In this document: positions 34,351 to 39,015 of the stretch, piece by piece
Layout of the letters: each line of letters opens with the position of its first letter
How positions within the stretch are numbered: position 1 is the stretch's first letter
NCBI RefSeq assembly: GCF_001194135.2
Contig: NC_068982.1
Span: forward strand, 18,459,446-18,498,460
DNA: 39,015 nt
Reading direction: 5' to 3'
Origin: Octopus bimaculoides
Taxonomy: Eukaryota
Translations under genes and position numbers: made by a program
The notes under the pieces: model-generated
What the model saw: only the letters and a program-made list of their open reading frames with translations
What the model was told of the DNA's origin: nothing
Databases searched by the model: none

Positions 34351-35999
34351 TTATTCCCGCCGAGGTTGACATTGCCCTTCATCCTTTCGTGGCTTCAATT
34401 CCTGGACCGGGCTATGCGTTGTGTACATGAGCAAAGCTTTTCATTTTCCTGTACTTACATCAGTCTACTTTTCATGCACTCAACTGTTATGGAGCAGTGT
34501 ATGAGAGCAGTGTCCCACCCCAGATACTTGGGAACTGGCCTCATGTCGGAAAGAGTTGTATACTTAGAAAAATAAGAACTGGCTTTCGAAGGTTTTATTG
34601 ACACGTTACGTCTACTTATTTCTGATGACAAACATAAACACAAACATATGAACGTTTTCGAAGGTGTACTATCACACGAAGCGAATCGGAAAAAAAAATC
34701 CTTAAAGCTATTACTGCACACACAGGTTTTCCAACTGACTAAAAAATTAGGATTTCAGCAAAATATTGTGTGATTTTGCAAATAAAGACTTTAACATAAC
34801 TCGCCTTATCAAATAATACGTCTTCAATCAAAACTGTTGCGAAAGCAAACACGTTGGATTAAATTACGTGGTGTACGTGAGCGGTGATACTGTGAGTTTG
34901 ATAGTTCAAAATTCAGAGGTATCCTAGCTAGAAGCTAAACTAACGTTCTGGTCAGCATAGACTGTCACAACTAACAGAACCGAAAGAAATATTAGCGATG
35001 TACATATGGTACATAAACATACACATACACTGAAAAAATTACACACACAATGAAGTGTGCCCATGAAAGCGTAACATCATTCAATACTTTAGATGATTGC
35101 CTCGATACGGTTACTGACTTCAGTCTAGTATTTACTAAATGTATTCATGTATATTTCCGGATCTGTTATTCAACGCTTTTACATTGATTGGACATTCAGC
35201 CTAAGATACGCTGTCTGAAGTAACCACAGTTTTAGCACAAACGGAGATGCGGTGAATGATAAGAAAACAGTTTTAGACTGATTTTATTTCTTGTTCTTTT
35301 GTTCTAGATTTCTTTACCAAAATAGTTCAGGCTATGTTGTCAAGTATGTTCAGGTATTAAAGTTTGGTCGGAGTTGTGAATATTGCAGTAAATATTATTG
35401 CTATAGACAAGATAAGGGAATTCTAATAACTTGTTGGAAATTAACTGTAAAAGTAATTAACAACATATTTGTTTTAGAGATAGTTCTGATATTGTTTTTG
35501 CTTTTAGAAAGAGTTAGACGGGGAATAGACAAGACGAAAGACTATTTTGTTATTTTCTTCTTATGTGTCGGTTTATGTTTGTTTGTGCCTGCTGCAGTGG
35601 GGGCTTGTATCAAATTTTGCTCTTTGAAGTTCCATCTTGTCTTCATGTTTATCCTCGTTACGATATGATTCACTGGTTTTTAGCTAAATTTCGGGAATTC
35701 TTTGTTCAATATAGAACCACATTTATAAGCTTGCTGCTTGTATAATATTGATATTGTCAGTAAAATTCATTAACGGTTAGTGTTTGTTTTGTTCATCAAA
35801 GAGAACGTGCTGCTTAAATTAGAGGTCGCTAAATGTTTGCGACTGGATGTGTGCGTGTGTTTATATTTGCACGTTTTTTTCTTGTATATGGAGAATTAAA
35901 ATATATAAATATATTTCTATACACACACATATACATATTTATACATACCTATACATATATATATATATATTAACAATATTAATGGTAAGGATTACTACG

Positions 36000-37792
36000 A
36001 AGTGGCATAGCATTGCCTTTAATTCATTAATCTATATACTGCCTTACATGACCAGCACTTGTTTGAGTTACACCAATTAGTAACCGCTGCAATTTCAAAC
36101 CTAATATAGAATCAGTGCAGTCTCTTCAGGGTCTTTACTAGATTTACTTCGATTTAGCTGTTTAAAGATTTTATTTTATCTACTCTGCGTTGTACAATGT
36201 AGAGCTCCCCGTTAAGTTAGATGCGAACAATCTCCATTTGAAGTTTTTATGGCATAATTATGTTTAGTCCATTATTCATTTATACTTGACAAACGTGATT
36301 TTCTTCATGTGACTAGAATTTATTACAATACGCTTGGATGTGAAAATCCATTAAAATTCTTCTAAACATATGTGACATTTATTAGTTTCGGGTTTGTATG
36401 GTCTTGCAGTACAAATTAATTCCCATTTAATAGTATAGTCTTCGTTGCTGTCCTTAGACGACCAGATTAGTTTGCTAAACCTCGTTTAGAACCTTTTAAT
36501 TCTGTCTTTAAATGAACTCAAAGGCTTTGCCAGTCTCCTCCAGAAAATTAATGATGTCCCACCGATGTAAAAGAATTCCTTACCCTCATATGTAACTCTA
36601 CATCTATATATTACATTTTTAGTCTTATTTTTACTCTTATTTTCCAAATTCCAGGATTCCCGTTTAGAACAATTGCGAAGATCATCTCGTATATTTCTCT
36701 CAGATTTTTAAAAAAAATATTATCATTTATTAAATAATTAAATTAATTTCCACCAAGTTCTTTATTACTATTTACTCCTTTAGAAATGTTATCTTAGTTC
36801 TAATTCTAGCTTGACTTTTATTCGATTTAACATTATTAACTATATTAAATTGTGTTGTTTCCTTTTCTACAACAGCTAAATTCCTAGCGTTCCTTTCTAT
36901 TTGAGTATTTAAAAAAAATTCTGTTTGATGTTTTCATGCTTAATATTTACTACGCTATTCTGATTATAATCGCTTTTTTGAAATTTCGATATTATTTTAG
37001 CATTATATGTTGCTATAATTTGTGCAATATTAATGCTAAGACAAAAAGCCATTCTAATCTTATGTCTATAAACAATTGTGTAATAATTGTGATTGATTGG
37101 AAAATAATTTTGAATTGCGATATTAAACGATTTGGAAAACTTGTAATTTACCTGTAGCCAAGTACAATAATGAAGTATCAAGTATTCTTCGAGTTAAGAT
37201 CATAATCTTGATGTTTATACCCGTTTTTCAAAGGAGTAAGTATTCTCTGATTTCGATCTATTTTAAAGTTAGCGTTTATTTTACTTTTATCCTTATATCA
37301 TTTAGTTGCTATTTTATCAACTAATATATTTGATTGCAAATCCCCATTTCTATCTATCTCTTATAAGTAGATTAGTTTACAGTACTAGATTTTAGATCTG
37401 CATTATAAAAAATACTATTTAAATCAGATTTGTTATTTGAAATTATAAACTCAGTTTATTCTTATATCCCGCTTTCCTAAGTACAAAGGTATAGGTTGAA
37501 CATATTCTCACTGACTGATAATTTAGTTATCCAAGACGAAATATTCTTCATTAATGAGCTTTTTACTTATTTGGGATGATTACTTCCAATACTTATCTAT
37601 TTGATGTTTTCATTAGGTTTACGAATGCGTTTATCGATTCCTTTTTTAATCTCCAAGGTAATATCTAAGAAATTAGCAGCCATGTTCATCTTCTATCATT
37701 ACAGACAGACCTATATTTTTAAAGAGTCTAAAAAATGTCTTTCTATATTTTTCTAAGATTCTACCAGATGTATTTACAATTATGAATATACC
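36000..37792 (-). mobile_element. Penelope-like element (PLE), 5'-truncated and degenerate: RT C-terminus, linker, GIY-YIG endonuclease and 3' region
   Basis: Minus translation GIFIIVNTSGRILEKYRKTFFRLFKNIGL.../NFLDITLEIKKG...RKPNENIK*ISIGSNHP...LRKAGYKNKL (RT and thumb). ORF 36909-37181 gives KFSKSFNIAIQNYFPINHNYYTIVYRHKIRMAFCLSINIAQIIATYNAKII (PLE linker). Then KNVIYRCRVTYEGKEFFYIGGT (VIY...YIG, 36555-36620) and FSKLIW...YTIKWELICTARPYKPETNKCHICLEE. Order and motifs are typical of GIY-YIG PLEs. Confidence 0.9.
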
Positions 37793-37939
37793 TATATATA
37801 TATATATATATATNNNNNNNNNNNNNNNNNNNNNNNNNNNNNNNNNNNNNNNNNNNNNNNNNNNNNNNNNNNNNNNNNNNNNNNNGTGTGTGTGTATGTG
37901 TGTGTGTGTGGGTGTGTGTGTGCGTGTGCGTGCGAGTGT

Positions 37940-38690
37940 GTACCATTTTGAAAATTCACATCGTTCGCAAATGTCCCGATATCTTTCAGAATTTATGAAG
38001 ACTCTACGTGAGGAAATCTTCTAAATCTCAGATGCCCTATGCCCGAATTTTGTTTCCAAGCACCATTCAAATTTGAGTGTTTCGTTTCTTCCCTTATCTC
38101 AGCTCTGCTAACTACGGCGACCCTGATATTGAGCGTCCTACAAAAGACTCCTACTGTTGCTTTATCTCTTCAAACGGCGTATTGTTTGAAAGATCTCAGG
38201 TAATATTACTCGAAATCACCTATCAGGTCGTTGACTAGACCAATGGAACAATAAGTTTGGTAATCAATTCTACTCTCAGGTTATCTGAAAACTCATTTGA
38301 GAACGTTAGATGGCTTAGTGTTTTATGTAAAAGGAGTAATGTTTTGCTGAACATATGTCTGTCGCAGTATTTTTCTAGATCAAGATAAAAGAGTTAGTCA
38401 TACACTTCTGTCTTATTGTATTGATTTTATTGTTCACTCTCAAGTCAATCCTCCATGTTATAAGACCGAAGACATTTTCACCCTGGAGTTTATTTGATAC
38501 TGATTTGTTTATTTCCTTCGCTATTTTAGTGTCGTATTTTGGCAATGGAGCGATAATGTGTTGGCAATGGTGGTGTGCAGTGGTTCTATTAGTTTTCAGT
38601 TCACGGCAGATATTAATGTTGGTAAACGTTGATTTATATCTATCTATACTTCTACCTGTCTTTTTGTACATCAGGCTATATATTTGTGTA
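37940..38690 (-). pseudogene. RTE-like non-LTR retrotransposon reverse transcriptase remnant
   Basis: Minus frames give YKKTGRS (compare YKKKGDRS), KLQGENVFGL (compare QxGFR), TIRQKC, LDLEKYCDR (38358-38384; compare IDLEKAFDR) and TFANDV (37960-37971; compare FADD), in the correct order with stops and frameshifts. Confidence 0.6.
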
Positions 38691-38980
38691 TTTCTCTCTC
38701 CCGATACATACATGCATCCACAACCAACCACTCAACCGCCCAACACACACACAGAGGGCTTCAGAAGTGAGTATACAGTTATGAAAAAAAAAAAAAAAAC
38801 GCGTACAATACTCAAGTTACGATAAAAGTATTATGATAATTATGATAAATATATTATTGTGATTAATGACACTGAAAATATCAAAAAAGCGGCTAACTTA
38901 TAATTGTTTTAATAAAAATATATATTCGAGTATTGTACGTGTTTTTTTGTTGTTATAACTGTATACCAAATTTTACACCC

Positions 38981-39015
<35 letters not shown>

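Noticed and set aside
38421-38825. 134-aa hydrophobic plus-strand ORF
   Set aside because: Antisense of the RTE-like RT remnant; hydrophobicity reflects the T-rich strand.

Overview
AT-rich, repeat-dense eukaryotic genomic DNA with 10 sized assembly gaps (about 4.4 kb of N). The repeat families look like those of an octopod cephalopod, probably Octopus; this rests on my recollection of the SINE sequences, not a database search. I cannot identify any host protein-coding gene by homology. The long ORFs in the track are artefacts of N-runs or microsatellites, or are transposon debris. Supported content: (1) many tRNA-headed SINE copies of about four families; (2) a 5'-truncated, degenerate Penelope-like element on the minus strand at about 36.0-37.8 kb, with RT C-terminus, linker and GIY-YIG endonuclease; (3) an RTE-like LINE RT remnant next to it (37.9-38.7 kb, minus); (4) the 3' end of an R4/Dong-like element with a (TAA)n tail (23.2-23.6 kb, minus); (5) a pogo/Tigger-like transposase remnant (4.2-4.6 kb, plus); (6) several local duplications and a short element with inverted arms. 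The most unusual feature is a three-copy tandem repeat at 7.9-8.3 kb. Its minus strand carries parts of a minimal type I hammerhead ribozyme, but stem II is degenerate and activity is unproven. Several candidate small exons with canonical splice sites occur on both strands, none confirmed.
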